From Callorhinchus milii (Eukaryota), in the NCBI RefSeq assembly GCF_018977255.1, contig NW_024704742.1:117492001-117556000 (forward strand): 64,000 nt of DNA, read 5' to 3'. The translations under genes were made by a program, and so were the position numbers. The notes under the pieces are model-generated. The model worked only from the letters and a program-made list of their open reading frames with translations, was not told where the DNA came from and made no database searches. How positions within the stretch are numbered: position 1 is the stretch's first letter; each line of letters opens with the position of its first letter. Positions 24,874 through 38,856 of this stretch are shown in pieces.

Positions 24874-26610
24874 AAGACAAAATTACATTTGTAAAGTGCC
24901 TTTCACATCGAGAGGACATCCCAAGGTGCTGAACAGTCAGGGATTAGGACCCACGGGTGGGGGGTGTTGAGTTCAGAGAGGGTGGAGGGCGGAGAGGGTA
25001 GGAGGGTGACCGAAGACACGGTCGAAGAGGAGGGCCTTGAGGCGTGCCTTGAAGGAGGCAAGAGAGGGAGTGAGGCGAAGGGAATGTGGGAAGGAGTTTC
25101 AGAGAGAAACTGAAGGCCTGACTTCTGATGGTAGGGCGGGCCGGGCAGGGGACGTGAAGCAGGCCAGAGGCTGCTGAGCAGAGGGAGGGACAGGGGTTGA
25201 TAAGGAGTTAGCAGGCTGGAGAGGTAGGAAGGGGCAAGGCCATGAAGGGCCTTGAAGGTGAGGATGAGAATTTTTAACTCGATCCTCTGAGAGATGGGGA
25301 GCCAGTGGAGCCGGGTGAGGGAGGGTGTGATGGGATCACGGAGCCTGGTGCGGGAGAGGACATGAGCTGCAGAGTTTTGGATGATCTGGATAATGACATG
25401 CAGGACATCGCCATAGTCGAGTCTGATTGTAATGAAGGCATGTATGAGTTTTTCAGCTGCCTGTGGCAGAGTCAGGCAATCTTGCAGAAGTGGGGGAAGG
25501 CAGAGCGGGCCATGGCAGCAATGTGGGGAAGAACGGACAGTTGAGAGTTGAAAAAGATGCCTAGGTTCTTGACTGGCTTGGTGAGGCAGAGTGTGCATCC
25601 ATGGATATTGATGTTGCCAATGCCTGAGATGTGGAGGCGCTGGCTCAAGCCAATTAGGAGAGTCTCGGTCTTGCTGATGTTCAACTGTAGAAAGTTGACT
25701 CTCATCCAGGACATGATGTCTGAGAGGCAGTCTGTAGGGACATCAGTGGTCCTGGAGTCAAGAGTGGAGGCAGAGAGATAGAGTTGGGTTATCTGTTTAC
25801 ATGTGGAAGTTGACCCCATGTCTGTGGATGGTGTCACCAAAAAGGAGCATGTACAGGTTGAAGACAGAATCCTAAGGAACGCCACACAACATGGTGTGGG
25901 TGCTAGGGGAGAAGCCATTTGTGGAGACAAAGTGAAGCTGATGTGAGAGATAATAATAATCTTTTAATTTGATATAGCACTTTTAACATCTTCTCGATGT
26001 CTCAAAGCGCTTCACAGAATAGACTGTAAAGTGAATTGATCATATATTTGTAGGCAAAACGCGGCAGCCAATTGCGCACAGCAGTGTCCTACAAAGAGTC
26101 GTGGATTGAAGATGAGCAATTTTTTTTTGTTTGTTTTGGAGGGATTATTTATCTGAACCTTGAAGGAGAATAGAATGTGGTTCACAGTGTCAAAGGCAGC
26201 AGAGAGGTTGAGGAAGATGAGGAGACAGAGGGAGTCCTGGTCACAGATGGACAGAATGTCATTTGTCATCTTGACCAGGGCTGTTTCCATACTGTGGGCA
26301 GCCCAGAAACCCGATTGAGGGGGTCCGTAAAGGGAGTGGCAGGAAAGGAAGGAGTGAAGTTGGGAAACAACAACTCTTTCAAAGGCTTTGGGAAGGGAGG
26401 TTGGATATGGGGCAGTAGTTTGTGAGCAGGGATGGGTCCAGGGAAGGCTTTTTTTTAGGATAGGGTTGATGACAGCTGTTTTTAGGGGGGTGGGAATGGT
26501 GCCAGTTGACAGGGAGAGGTTGACAAGGTCCAAGAGTAAAGGGGTGAGGAGGTGGAGCTGGGAGATAGGAGAGGGGTAGGGATGGGGTTGATGGGGCAGG
26601 TGGTGGACTT
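24874..26610 (-). mobile_element. L2 RT fragments interrupted by a SINE (25950-26155)
   Basis: NLSAAFDTV, LQLNISKTE, LHWLP, tail at 24874. Confidence 0.9.
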
Positions 26611-26639
26611 TATGCAGGTTATATTGGTATTGATCCCCA

Positions 26640-28690
26640 TCATCCCCCACTTTTGCAATATCGCCCGGCTCCACTACTGTCTCACGCCCCAGGTCGCCGA
26701 TACCCTCATACATGCATTCATAACATCCAGGCCTGACTATGCAAACTCCCTGCTTGTCAGCCTCCTCCCTCGATAGGCTGCAGATCATCCAGAACTCTAC
26801 AGCTCATGTCCTCTCCCACACCAGGCTCCGTGACCCTATCACCCCCACCCTCGCTCGAATCCACTGGCTTCCAATCACTCAGAAGATACAGTTTAAGATC
26901 CTGGTCCTCAGCTTCATCGCCTTCCAGGGCCTTGCTCGCCTATCTCTGCGACCTCCTAACTCCTTACCAATATGCCCGCTCACTCCACTTGGCAGGCTCC
27001 AGCCTGCTTCACTTTCCCCATCTCGCCTGCCCCAACATTGGTGGATGAGCCTTCAGCCACTCTGTCCCCACCTCTGGATCTCCATTCCACAGTCCCTTCA
27101 TCTCACCCCCTCCCTTGCCTCCTTCAAGACCCATCTCAAGACCCTCCTCTTCGAACATGCTTTTGATCACCCTCCTTTCCCCCCTGCCCTCCACGCTCCC
27201 CTATCCCAACTCCCAGCTTATGTCTGAAATACTGACTGTCCAGTGCCTTGGGATTTCCTCCCAATGTGAACCCCTCAAGATGGGTTTCCGTGCTTCCCAT
27301 AGCACGGAAACCGCCCTGGTCAAGGTCACTAATGACATCTTGACCATCTGCAACCAGAGATCCCTCTGCCTCCTCGTTCTCCTTGACCTATTGGCCGCAT
27401 TCGATACAGTCGACCACTCTATCCTCCTCCACCGCTTGTCCTCCCACCTCAACCTTCAAGGTCCTGTCCTTGAGTGGTTTAGGTCCTACCTCTCCCACCG
27501 TCTTCATTTTGTCTCTGCAAACGGCTTTTCCTCCAGCCCCTGCACTGTTTCGTGCGGTGTCCCTCAGGGCTCTGTCCTCGGTCCCCTCCTCTTCACCCTC
27601 TATACGCTCCCCCTCGGTGACATCATCCGCAGACATGGGGTTAACTTCCTCATGTATGCTGATGACACCCAACTCTACCTTTCCTCTTCTATCCTCAACT
27701 CCACGACCACCGATGTCCTGACTGCCTGCCTGTCCGACATCGAGTCCTGGACAAGAGACAACTTTCTTCAGCTCAATGTGCGCAACACTGAGGCCCTCCT
27801 GATTGGCTTGCGTCAGTGCCTCCGCACCTCAGGCGCTGACAGCATTAACATCCAAGGCTGCACTCTCCACCTCTCAAAGTCAGTCAGGAACCTCGGGGTT
27901 CTGTTCGACCCTGAGCTATCCTTTCTTCCCCATATCCGCGCCACAACTGGCACCGCCTTCCACCGCCTCCAGAACATTGCCAGACTACGGCACTACCTCA
28001 CCCTTCACGCTGCTGAAACACTAGTCCACGCCTTTATCACCTCAAGGCTGGACCGGGAACTCTCTCCTCGTCGGCCTTCCCGGCACCTCCCTCCACAAGC
28101 TGCAGGTCATTCATAACTCTGCAGCTCATGTACTGTCCCGCACCAGGCTTCGTGACCACATCACTCCCACCCTCGCTCGCCTCCACTGGCTCCCCATCCC
28201 CCAGAGGATCGAATTCAAGATCCTCATCCTCACTTACAAGGCCATTCACGGCCTTGCACGCTCCTACCTCTCCGACCTACTATCCCCCTACTTACCTGCC
28301 CATACCCTCCGTTCCTCTGGCTCCGGTCTGCTCCACATCCCCCGCCCCAACCGCCCTATCATCGGTGGCCAGACTTTCAGCCTCTCAGCCCCTAGGCTCT
28401 GGAACTCCATATTCCAGTGCCTTCGCCTTGCTTCCTCCCTTGCCTCCTTCAAGGCCGGTCTCAAGACCTTTCTCTTCAACCGTGCCTTCAGCTCCCCTCT
28501 CGACTCTCTAACCCCTCCTCGCTCCCTCCCTTCCCTCCCCTCACCCTGACCATTCCCCCCATGCTATGGTCCTGACCCAACTGTCCAGTGCCTTGGGACG
28601 TCCTCCCGACGTGAAAGGCGCTCTATAAATGCAATCTTGTTGTTGTTGTTGAAAGGCGCTATACTGATATAACTTTGTTGTTGTTGTTGT
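26640..28690 (+). mobile_element. Two tandem L2 3' fragments
   Basis: ORF 27115-28116 with PQGSVLGP and YADDTQ; double (TGT)n tail. Confidence 0.95.
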
Positions 28691-31100
28691 GAGAGAGGAG
28701 AGGGAGACAGGTTCGAAGGTGTGGAGGGATGGATGGGTAGGGGCCAGAGTGTGAGGGAGAGATGGAGAAGGGATGGCAGTTGGGAGGGCGGTGGTGGCTG
28801 AATGGAATCCCTCGATTTTGATCTAGAGGAAATCCATCATCAACCTCGCAGTTAGAGTTGAAGGAGAGGATGGGCGAGGCGTGAGAGGGTGGACAGAGGA
28901 CTGGTTGGTAGTGGAGACGAGAAGCCTGGGGTTGTCCTCGGCCTCCAAGATTATCTTGGAATAGAAAGACGATTTAGCAGAAGAAAGGACGCACCAGTAA
29001 GTTTTTATGTGGTCCAGCCAGATCTGCCAGTGGACCGTTAAATTAGATTCAAGACAGGTGCCTTCGGCGCCATACACCTCACCATTGAGTGAGCAGAGGT
29101 GGCTGATGTACCAGGGTGAGTTGCGTGAGTAGGAAGTGGTTTTGGACGTGAGGGGGGAGCAAGGGCACTGAGAATGGTGCAGAGAGAGTTGTGGAGGATA
29201 GTGACCAAGGAGAATAAATCGGTGCTGGAGGTACATCAGAGGGGAGGAGTTCAGACGACTCCAGGGCAGCAGAGCAGGAGTGCAGCGAAATTATTTTCCT
29301 GGCGTGGTAGGAGATGGAGGTGGGTTGGTTGGCAGTGGAGAGAGGGATTGAGGAGTTAAAGGCGATGAAATGGTGTTCTGAGACGGCTTTATCAGTAATT
29401 TTGAGGTTCGAGACACTGAGACTCTGGGTAATCACGCTGCTGAAACCCTGGTCCACGCCTTTGTCACCTCAAGGCTGGACTATGGGAACGCTCTCCTCGC
29501 CGGCCTTCCCGCCACCTCCCTCCACAAGCTGCAGGTCATTCAGAACTCTGCAGCTCGTGTACTGTCCCGCACCAGGCTTCGGGACCACATCACTCCCACC
29601 CTCGCTCGCCTCCACTGGCTCCCCATCCCCCAGAGGATTGATTTCAAGATCCTCATCCTCACCTACAAGGCCATTCACGGCCTTGCTCCCTCCTACCTCT
29701 CCAACCTACTATCCCCCTACCTACCTGCCCGTACCCTCCGTTCCTCCGGCTCCGGTCTGCTCCACGTCCCCCGCCCCAATCGCCCTACCATTGGTGGTCG
29801 GGCCTTCAGCCTCTCAGCCCCGAGGCTCTGGAACTCTATCCCCAGTGCCTTCGCCTTGCTTCCTCCCTCTCCTCCTTCAAGGCCGGTCTCAAAACCTTTC
29901 TCTTTGACCGAGCCTTCAGCTCCCCTCTCGACTCTCTTCCCCCTCCTCGCTCCCTCCCATCCCTCCCCTCACCCTGACCATTTCCCCCCTCCTCGCTCCC
30001 TCCCCTCCCCTCACCCTGACCATTTCCCCCCTCCTCGCTCCCTCCCCTCCCCCTGACCATTGCCCCCCTGCTCGGGTCATGACCCAACTGTGCAGCGCCT
30101 TGGGACGTCCTCCTGACGTGAAAGGCGCTTTATAAATGGAATCTTGTTGTTGTCAAGTGGCTGGCCATAAACGTGGTTGGTAGAGTGGATGTGGAGGGAG
30201 AGATTGTGAGAGAAAAGAAGAGGAGAAGTCAGTGAAGATAGAGCAAGAGGGGATGAAGTGTAGGTTGAAGTCACCTAGGATATGGAGGCATTCAGAACAA
30301 TGGCAGAGGGAAGTTAGGTCTTCGTGATTGAGTGGTGGGCAGAAGAAGGCAGAGATGTCAGAGATAAAGGTGGGGGAAGTTTGGGGGGGACAATAAATCG
30401 GAAAATTTTCATGGAAAGATTGGAGGGATGGTGGAGGGTAAGGTGCTCAAAGGAGGCGAGTGAGGCGGAGGAGCGTGGGATAGAGCAAGTGAGCATCTGG
30501 AGATGAGGGGGCCACACCACTGCCATGGCGGTTAGGACATGGGGTATGGTGGAAGGTATAGCCAGGTGGTGTGGCTTTATTCAGTGGTTTCATTCAGGGG
30601 AAAGGTGTTGCCTGGGATGATCCAGGTTTCAGTAATGGCCAGGATATCAATGGGTGGGAATGTGGATGAGGGAGAAGAGGTTAGCCCCCAGGGTCTGGGT
30701 CTGCTGGGGCTTGTGGTGATAGTGGGGAACAGAGCAGTCAGTGTGGCTCCTGCTAGACATCCAATGGCAAGTGCCATGGTGAACCCGACAGAGGGTTCCC
30801 AGGCTGGAGCAGAGGAAGACTATGGAACGGCCAAGTGTGGATCGGAGGTGAGGAGGATAGAGAGAGAGGACAGAGTAGGACAGTTGCAGGGAAGTGAGCC
30901 TTTTTGGAGAAAAGCAGCTCGGGTCGGGGGCATCAGCCAAGATGCATGCGCTGAGACTTGAGGCAGGCAGAGAGGGGCTAGAGGTGGCGCAGAGTGGGGA
31001 GAGGGGCAGGGCACTCATCGTGTTATCCACCAGATTGCCCAACCTGGAATATAACACTGAGCAGTTTGCAGAGAACAGACAGAGGAGGGAAAGGAGATAC
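28691..31100 (-). mobile_element. L2 5'/endonuclease half with nested + strand L2 3' fragment (29432-30151)
   Basis: ITETW, FEHL, SEHH motifs on minus; the inner copy has the young L2 tail. Confidence 0.9.
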
Positions 31101-31147
31101 TAATAGACTATAATATACCTACTTCCAGGGATTCAAACCTGGTGGGT

Positions 31148-31560
31148 GGAAGTGACGTCATATGGAGGTTTAGGCGGAAAATTGTGAAATGGCGGATCCG
31201 CCTGAACCCAGTAATGGCTGCCACTCGATCACCAAGATCTCAGCCTACCTACCGCTACCTGCTGATCCCGATCCCCGACACCTCGGCTCTCCTGTTACCT
31301 GCCGGCTCTTGCTGACCTCGCTCCCAGAGACTACTCACCTCTCACACTGACCCCACTCCCTCGCTAACTCCCACCGCTCCTGGTTACCTCCCGTCCACCG
31401 GCCTCGAAACCACTCCCAGCCTCTCTCCCCGGGTTTCTCTTCTCACCCCGCTGTCGTTGACCGAGCCTTCGATCCTCGCACTAGTCACTGCCTGCTCATT
31501 CAACCTTGGCCCCAGCTCTCACTGCTCGAATCTGCGCTCAGCTCTCGCTGCTTACTGCTA
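31148..31560 (+). promoter_or_regulatory. CpG-rich promoter-like island
   Basis: GGAAGTGACGTCA (ETS-CRE) 31148-31160, AAATGGCGG (YY1) 31187-31195, retained CpGs. Confidence 0.4.
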
Positions 31561-31929
31561 TTAATATTATTAATCCTTGCATTTGATATAGCGCCTTACC
31601 ACATTTTTGAGACATCTCAAAGTGCTTTACAGAATATACTGTAAAGTGAATCAGCTGCATATTTTGTGGGTGAAATGTGTCAGTCATTTGCACGCAGCAC
31701 TGTCCCACAAACAGTCATGGATTGAGTAACTAATTTTTTTTGAGGGATTATTACTCCACGAAAAGTGATCCGCCAATCGACTAACAACCGGGTTCCTACT
31801 TCCTGCTAGGTAAACAGAGGAGTGTGGAGTAAGGAAACGTGCCCAACATTTTGCCCTGTCCGGGAATCAAACTCAGGTCTTCTCGCTTGTGAGGCGAATG
31901 CTCTAACCACTAAACTACAGAACTTCACA
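31561..31929 (-). mobile_element. Full-length SINE (long subfamily)
   Basis: Head, body, tail. Confidence 0.9.
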
Positions 31930-32045
31930 TCCTTTAGCTTGGGGGTTGAAGAGTAGTATGTGAATACTGTATTATGCTGTCACCTTATCAACACTGAAAC
32001 ATTAATTGTTATTTGTTAAAGGTACATTGATAATTACTGTAGTAC

Positions 32046-32347
32046 CCATTCCGTCTTATATCTGCAACCCTTCACCTCCTTATGTTGCAATATCCAATAA
32101 ATCCAATGCTGAGTACCAGGCTTACTAAGCACCAGCTACCTAATCCAGGTCCTCATGCGAGGAGCAAATGCAAATCCTCTGCTCATTAAAAATAAGTCCA
32201 TCTGAATCATTTTTGTAACTTGGAGTACAAATTGCTTGTAAGACACAGTCTGAAGAGGTTAAGTAAGATCATTCGTCTCTGAGTTTGGCCTGGGACCAAA
32301 TCCAAAACAGATGGAAGTAAATCCTCTCTTTGAAGGCTGAATAAATC
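32046..32347 (-). pseudogene. Polycystin TOP-domain pseudoexon
   Basis: ICTPSYKNDSDG and IAT*GGEGLQI, paralleling the C-x-x-x-Y and IATYSGAGY/YxGGGY motifs; atag acceptor, gtact donor. Confidence 0.65.
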
Positions 32348-33479
32348 CTATTTAAGATGCGTTGTAAGTCGTCTCATCCTAGATTCTAATGAACAGCACA
32401 AACTATTGTACTTAAAACATAAGTACTTCATTTGCAATATCATTCAGAGAGGCCTTAAGGAAGGCTATTGTGTTTCCATCAAATGCTGTGGTGTCACCCT
32501 AACCTTTAAATTTTTCTATGGTCTTACCTCACCCTACCTCTGTCACCTTCTCATACTCTACAACCCAGGTGCTCCCTCTGCTCGGTGGGCACCCATGTGC
32601 TTCAAGTTCCCTGCCCTACAATTGGTAGTCGGGTTTTCACCCTATAATTCAACAAATGTCCATATAAAAACTGGTCATTTACTTCCTGGCTGTTTGGGAG
32701 ATATTGTTCTGTGCAAATTGGCTGGCCCATTCACCTACAAATATACAGCAGTATACAGAAACTTTGAAACATTTTCAACTTTAACAGATGCTATATCAAT
32801 TACAAGGATTATTGTTTTTTTCATCTTAGTTTGTAAAACTATTATGTATTAATATTGTGGAACCAATTTGGTTTAAATTCAGAGCCAATTTGAGGCCCAT
32901 TTTCTACAGTTCTTCTAAAGAAACTGCTTCCAAATTAAGGATAAATTTAAGAATATTCCACATTTCTGATCTTAAAATTTAAGGGAGACTAAATGGGATG
33001 TCAGGCTTCAAAAGGAGACCAGAAGAGAATGCAAGTGAGTGAGTGAGTGAGTGAGTGAGTGAGGAATGGCATTAAAGCCTGGCTTTGACCGACAATAACC
33101 CCAATCCATTCTGAGTCTTCCTGTCCTGCTTGGCAATGAGCCAAGAGACAGCTTTTGTTAAATATCACAAAAGAGCCTTGAAACTGTGCACAAAATAACA
33201 CTTTACAGCAAACCAGCTAGTGGGCTGCGGAAATCCCTCATCGTTTAAATAACAATTACAAGTTTATTGTAATCAATGCAACTCATTGATTGAGCTTGGC
33301 AGAAAATCTTATTTCAGCTTGCTGTAATTCAAAACAACCGTGAAATAATTAATGATTGAACTCAGTAATGATCTTACTGAGCATTCCATGCTTCTCAGCA
33401 CACTTTTTCCAAACTTTTCTTGGAAGGATTAATTTGAAATTAAATAAATACTGCAAATAACAATTAAGAATGTTTGCAT

Positions 33480-33870
33480 TTGAGGTAGGGTCTTTCACAT
33501 CAGGAGAATGTCTCAAAGCACGTCACAGGATTTATTGTAAACTGTATTAACTGTGTACTTTGTAGACAAATGCACCAGCCAATTTGCACACCTCAATGTT
33601 TGCCAAACATTTTTGAAATAAAATGAATATTTTATCTGGGGGATTGTTGTTCAGCATGCTGGGAGAAATTCTCTTCTCTTTTCGAAATAGTGCCAGGGGA
33701 TCTTTAACGTCCACCTGAAGAGGCAGATGGGATGTCGGTTTAACATCGCATCCTAAGGCCAGCTTTTCCAACTCTCCCAACACTGTACTGGAATGTCAAC
33801 ATAGATTGTGAATTCAAAGTCCCGATGCAGAAGTTGAACGACACCTTCTGACTTCTAGACACAAGCAGGT
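33480..33870 (-). mobile_element. Deu-type SINE
   Basis: Reverse complement of the ctgcctcttcaggtggacgttaaagatccc core. Confidence 0.7.
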
Positions 33871-34279
33871 GTTGTTCCAAGATGCACGAAAGGCACTAAA
33901 ACTGAACCTGGCAACTACAGACCCATTTGTCTGACCCCAATAATAAGAAAAAATATTTAGTCAATCATCAGAAAGGAAGCCTGTATGGTTGTAAAGAATA
34001 TGGAAGCATAGCCTCATGACAAGAAGCTGTCAGGAACACACCCAATTCGATCATTACAACAACAACTTGTGCCTTTCACGTGGGTTAACGTCTCGGAACA
34101 CTGAGTAATTTATAGAAAGTGAAGTAAATGGAGATTGTCATTTGAATTGACTACATTTGACTCAATCCCAGTATTCCTGGGAAACATGTAGTGGCAGAGA
34201 ATCGCATGGATCAATTTAATGTATTGTGCAATGCCTAGAGCTATTTTTCAGACTTGATTGCATTTTAAAGCATTTACAA

Positions 34280-35580
34280 CGACAACAACAACTTGCATTT
34301 ATATAGAGCCCTCCATGCTGGGCAGCGTCCCAGAGCACTTAACAATGGTGGAGCCCAATGCCGAGCCAGTGGGAAAGGGAAGGTGACCATAGGCACGGTC
34401 GAAGAGGAAAGTGCTCAGGCGCAACCCGAAAATGGGGAAAGAGCAGGCAAGGTGAAGGGATTGAGGGAGGGAGTTCCATAGGTTCAGGGGGTAGTGGCTG
34501 AAGGCATGGCCACCGATGGTGGAGCAGAGGATTCGAGGGACAAGGAGGAAGCCAGAGCCAGTATAGCGGAGGCAACAGGTAGTGCTGTGAGGAGAGAGGA
34601 GGTTTTTTGAGGAGAGGGATGATGACGGTGGTTTTGAGGGGGACTGATCCTGAGGAGAGGGACTGATTAATGGTGTCTGTCAGCAGTGGGTAGAGGAGGG
34701 GGAGCTGGGTGATCAGCAGCTGGGTGGGGAGGGGTTCAAGGCAGCAGATGGTGGGTTTCATCAGGATGATGGATGATGAGAGGCAGGAAGGAGAGATGGG
34801 GGCAAAGGAATGTAGGATTGGGGACGTGGTAGGAGCTGAGGGGTGGGGTGTGTGTGAGTGAAGGAACGGTATGGGTTTGGGGGAAGAGGGCTGTTAGGGG
34901 CACGGGGTGGAAGGATGAGGCTGCCAGGCGGATGTTTTCCATTTTAGAGGTAAGGAAGCCTATGACCTTGTCAAACTTTTGATGTCATGATTAAGGGGGT
35001 GCACGGAGGAGGTGGTGGGTGGTGGAGAATAGGGTTTTGGAGTTTAGCCTCCAGAATGATCTTTGAGTCATACACAGTTTTTGCTTGAGAGAGGGAGTAG
35101 CGTTAGGTGTGAAGATGCTCGAGCCACAGCTGGCGGTGAACCGTGAGGCTGGTTTTCTGCCACTTGCCCTTGAGCAACCGAATTTGCGACCTTAGGGAGC
35201 GGAGATGGCTATTGTACCAGGGGAACAGGTGAGTTTGGAGACGGTCCTGGATTTCAGGGGGACAGGACAAGGGAGTTGACAGTGGAGGAAAGGTGATCAT
35301 GGAGCATCTTGATGGCTGCATCAGGGTCACTGCGGGTGGAAAGCCAGAGAGAGAGGAGGTCTCAGGATAAGAGGGCATTTGTGAAGGTCTCGGGGGGAAG
35401 CCTTTTCCATAGGCAGAAAAGGATGGTGAAGGGCTTGATGGAGAGGAGAGGGATGCGAGAGGAGAGGGAGATGAGGAAATGGTTTGAGATGGCCTTTTCT
35501 GTGATGGATAGACTGGAGATATATAAGCTGTGGGAGATAACGAGGTGTAGGGGGTGGCCACAGTTGTGGGTCGTGGGTTT
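34280..35580 (-). mobile_element. Internally deleted L2
   Basis: Same subfamily as 2228-5413; KPTICCLEPLPT joined to the 3'UTR. Confidence 0.85.
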
Positions 35581-36290
35581 ATATTTAGTACAGAAGTAAT
35601 TATTTATGACTATTGAAGCGTTGGATCGCTTTGCAATCTCATGATCACACTATAGCCAGTTTTTTTTTTAAAAAGTGGGGCATTGAATTTAGGAAAAAAG
35701 AGGCATGGAACTGGAAATGGGAGATGTGATAGAAGACAAGAGGGCAGAAATATGCCAAAAGAACCAGGTAGGGAAGAGTGAAGAAGATCTTATTATGGTT
35801 TTGAAGACAAAGATATTAAATGGGCTTTTATAATGAGAGTCATGTGACTTTTAAAGAAAAAGGGAAGACTAAATGAATGTTGATATCAGTAAAAGATTTG
35901 CTGTTTTATATAAACTTTGCTTATTATATATATTATTTATTTATTTTACATCCACTCTGCTTATTTTATATATACTGTACTTTACTTATTTTATCTATAC
36001 TTTATTTATTTGGTATATATTTTGCTTATTTTATACGTACTTTGCTCATTTCGGATAATTGATGGACACTGTTTTACAATCACAATGTACACGTAAGTTG
36101 GGAAAAGACTTCTTCTGATATTTCCCCTTCCCCCAGTTAAAGCCACAGAAAGTGTGCAGGAGCCTGCAAATAACTCTGAATCATCAAAAGGAGACACCGC
36201 AATTATCTGGCACACGTAGAAAAACAAAAGAAGAAACACTGCCAATCACTAGACGTCTGTCAACCAGCGGGTTCCGTGACGGGCACTTAC

Positions 36291-36392
36291 TCCTTCCAGT
36301 CAGTCATGAATTGTGTTCATTGTACTTAACATAGGGAAGGTCTTTGTGATTTTATCTGGCTATACAGTTGCCATAAAATAATAAATTGCCTC
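36291..36392 (-). pseudogene. Polycystin TOP-start pseudoexon
   Basis: Consensus acceptor ctctttattcag and gtaagt donor; EAIYYFMATV*PDKITKTFPMLSTMNTIHD*LEG matches the YY...F..I.....I.DWL pattern. Confidence 0.65.
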
Positions 36393-37369
36393 CTGAATAA
36401 AGAGAACAAACAGAGACACAGCTCTTGTGTCTAAGATCTGGGATAACTAAGGATTAGTAAAATCAAAATTTTAACCTTCAATGCTGCTGTGCGGTTTGGG
36501 GCTGATGGGGGTGCCGGCTGCAGCCAATTGCGCACATCAGTGTCCCACAAACAGTCGTGGATCGTAGTGAAAAAGCTGTCAGATGTCGGGGTACTTTAAT
36601 GACAGTACTTCAGTATTGTATTTATTTGCAGTATCACAGTGTGTGAGTTAGAAAATTACAGAACATTCCACAATCAGAGACTTGTTCTAGCAGGAAATTT
36701 TCCTTTTTTTTTGGTCAGCCGGGTGTCTGATACATGGGGAAACCCATCACCAAGCATAAGAGTATCCAAATGAAACTGAGATTTCCATGCATCCCACCTG
36801 CACATGGAAATTTCAGAGATAGATTGTTGGAATGGAATGCCCACTCTTTCCCTGGAGGGATGCATTCTGCTTACCTAATTCTGGGAAGTATTAGGTGCAG
36901 GTTAGCAAGAGCCAAGGCTTGGAAACCCCAGAGTGTGCATTGGAGTACTGCTGGAGTCTACCCAGCTAAAACCGCATAGCTTGCCATTGATATCGCTGTC
37001 TGGCAAACTTTCCCACTGTTTGTTCAGTTAGGGCCACCCTACCTTTCAGAGCTTTGGCTTCTGGAGTTAACAGGAGCCTAGTGGGATGACTCACTGCCCC
37101 CAGTGACTGATGCATATATATACTTGCATGAACATACAGCAAGACATAACTAGTGCTGTATTTATTTGCAAGATCACAATGACTGGTCTGCCCTTCCAGG
37201 CTAGAATGTTTCATAGTTAGTGTCAGGTGAGAATTGAGTCCATTTCTTTTTGGCAGCCAAGTATTTGACACATGCAAAAACTTGCCAATACATTTAAGAG
37301 TATCCAAAACAACAACAACAACAATTTCCATTTATAAAGCACCCTTCACACCCTTCAAAAAAATATATA

Positions 37370-37786
37370 TATTTGGTCACTCAATCCACGATTGTTTTTT
37401 GGGACACTGCTATACACGCATTCTGCTCAATTCTGCAGGAGTCCTGCAGGTCAGTGGTTAGAGCACTCGTCTTGCAAGCAAGAGACTTGGATTTGATTAG
37501 TAGCAAAGTGAAATGTTGGGCAAGTTTCCTTACTCCACACACCACTGTTTACCTAGCAGCAAGTAGGAACCCGATTGTTAGTGGATTGGCGGATCGCTTT
37601 TCCGGGGGTAATAATTCCTGCAAAAAAAGCAATAAAAATAAATTGGTCACTTCGATCCATGACTGTTTGTGGGACACTGCTGTGCCTAATTCGCCCACAA
37701 AATATACAGTCAATTGACTATGAAGGACTTTGAGACATCTCAAAACGTGATACGGCTCTAAATCAAATGCAAGGATTATTATTATT
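37370..37786 (+). mobile_element. SINE (long subfamily) plus upstream SINE fragment
   Basis: Head at about 37438, body, (ATT)n. Confidence 0.85.
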
Positions 37787-38574
37787 CGTCAAATGCCCTT
37801 ACTTTTGGGACCTCTCTCCAGCTGCTGTTAAGGTAAAGCCACATCAGACAGAAAGAGTCAAGTCATTCATAGAAAATAGAAATGCACAGAGCATTCATAC
37901 TTAACACGTTTAGGGTAGAGTCTCCCTGATGCCAGGGCTCCTTCCTATACCTAGTTTAATAAACCAGTATTTGTGGGTGAGCCGTGACAGTGAATGTTCG
38001 CAGGCTATTAAACCAGGGAGGGATTGGGGATTGCCGAGATACTTGATCCAATGTCCACACATTCTGTTTCATCAATGAGCATTGGAAGCAATCATCAGGA
38101 GAAAGAATCTTGTCATGAAATTGCCCACAAAATACAGTCACTCCACCTTACAATATATTCTATGAAGTGCTTTGAGACATCTCAATGATGTGATAAGACG
38201 ATATATCAAATTCAAGGATTATTATTATTAATAATTATTATTATTATTATAGTAATAATTCCCCAATTCTACACTCCATATAATATTCACCTACACATCA
38301 CACCCGGTACTTGCCCCTCAGTTTCCTCCTAGAGAAGGTGAACGAGCAGAAAAAATACAAAACTGTGCTGAATCTTATTGTAACATGACTGTTCCTGTTC
38401 GAGTACAGCCATTCCAATCACAACAGCAACTTGCATTTATATAGCACCCCTCAGGCAGGGTGGCGTCCCAGAGCTCTTGTTTCATAAAGATGGGGAATAG
38501 TTTTTTTATTATTTTATTTTTATTATTACATTATTTTCCCCATCATTTTCCATTACAAATTGCAATTAATATAC

Positions 38575-38670
38575 TTTCCTGAAGCCAACAATGACACTGC
38601 GGTTGTTATTGGCCATGTTGTGAACAATTCTTGGACCTTCTCTGTCTGTGGCTCACTTACAGATGAATAA
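38575..38670 (-). pseudogene. Polycystin S1-helix pseudoexon (copies at 39502-39597 and 40429-40524)
   Basis: ttttctag acceptor; KVQELFTTWPLTMAMSLLASGK (copies 2/3) resembles LIREILAYLGFLWMLLLVAYGQ. Confidence 0.5.
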
Positions 38671-38856
38671 CTAGAAAATAACATTCCAGAAAATCTGTGT
38701 CACATACTTTACACAGCCTTCAGAAACATCAAAATGTTACACAAAATAAATGTGTAATAAAATAAATATATACGCAAACAAATGAATGGGGCATCTGTTC
38801 TTTCAGTTCTCACAGTAATATTCTATGATTGCCAATACAGATTATGTTTATTTTAC

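Noticed and set aside
38645..38670. In-frame TGA as selenocysteine (LFICK*ATD)
   Set aside because: Another frame fits polycystin S1; neighbouring exons have TAA/TAG stops; no SECIS seen
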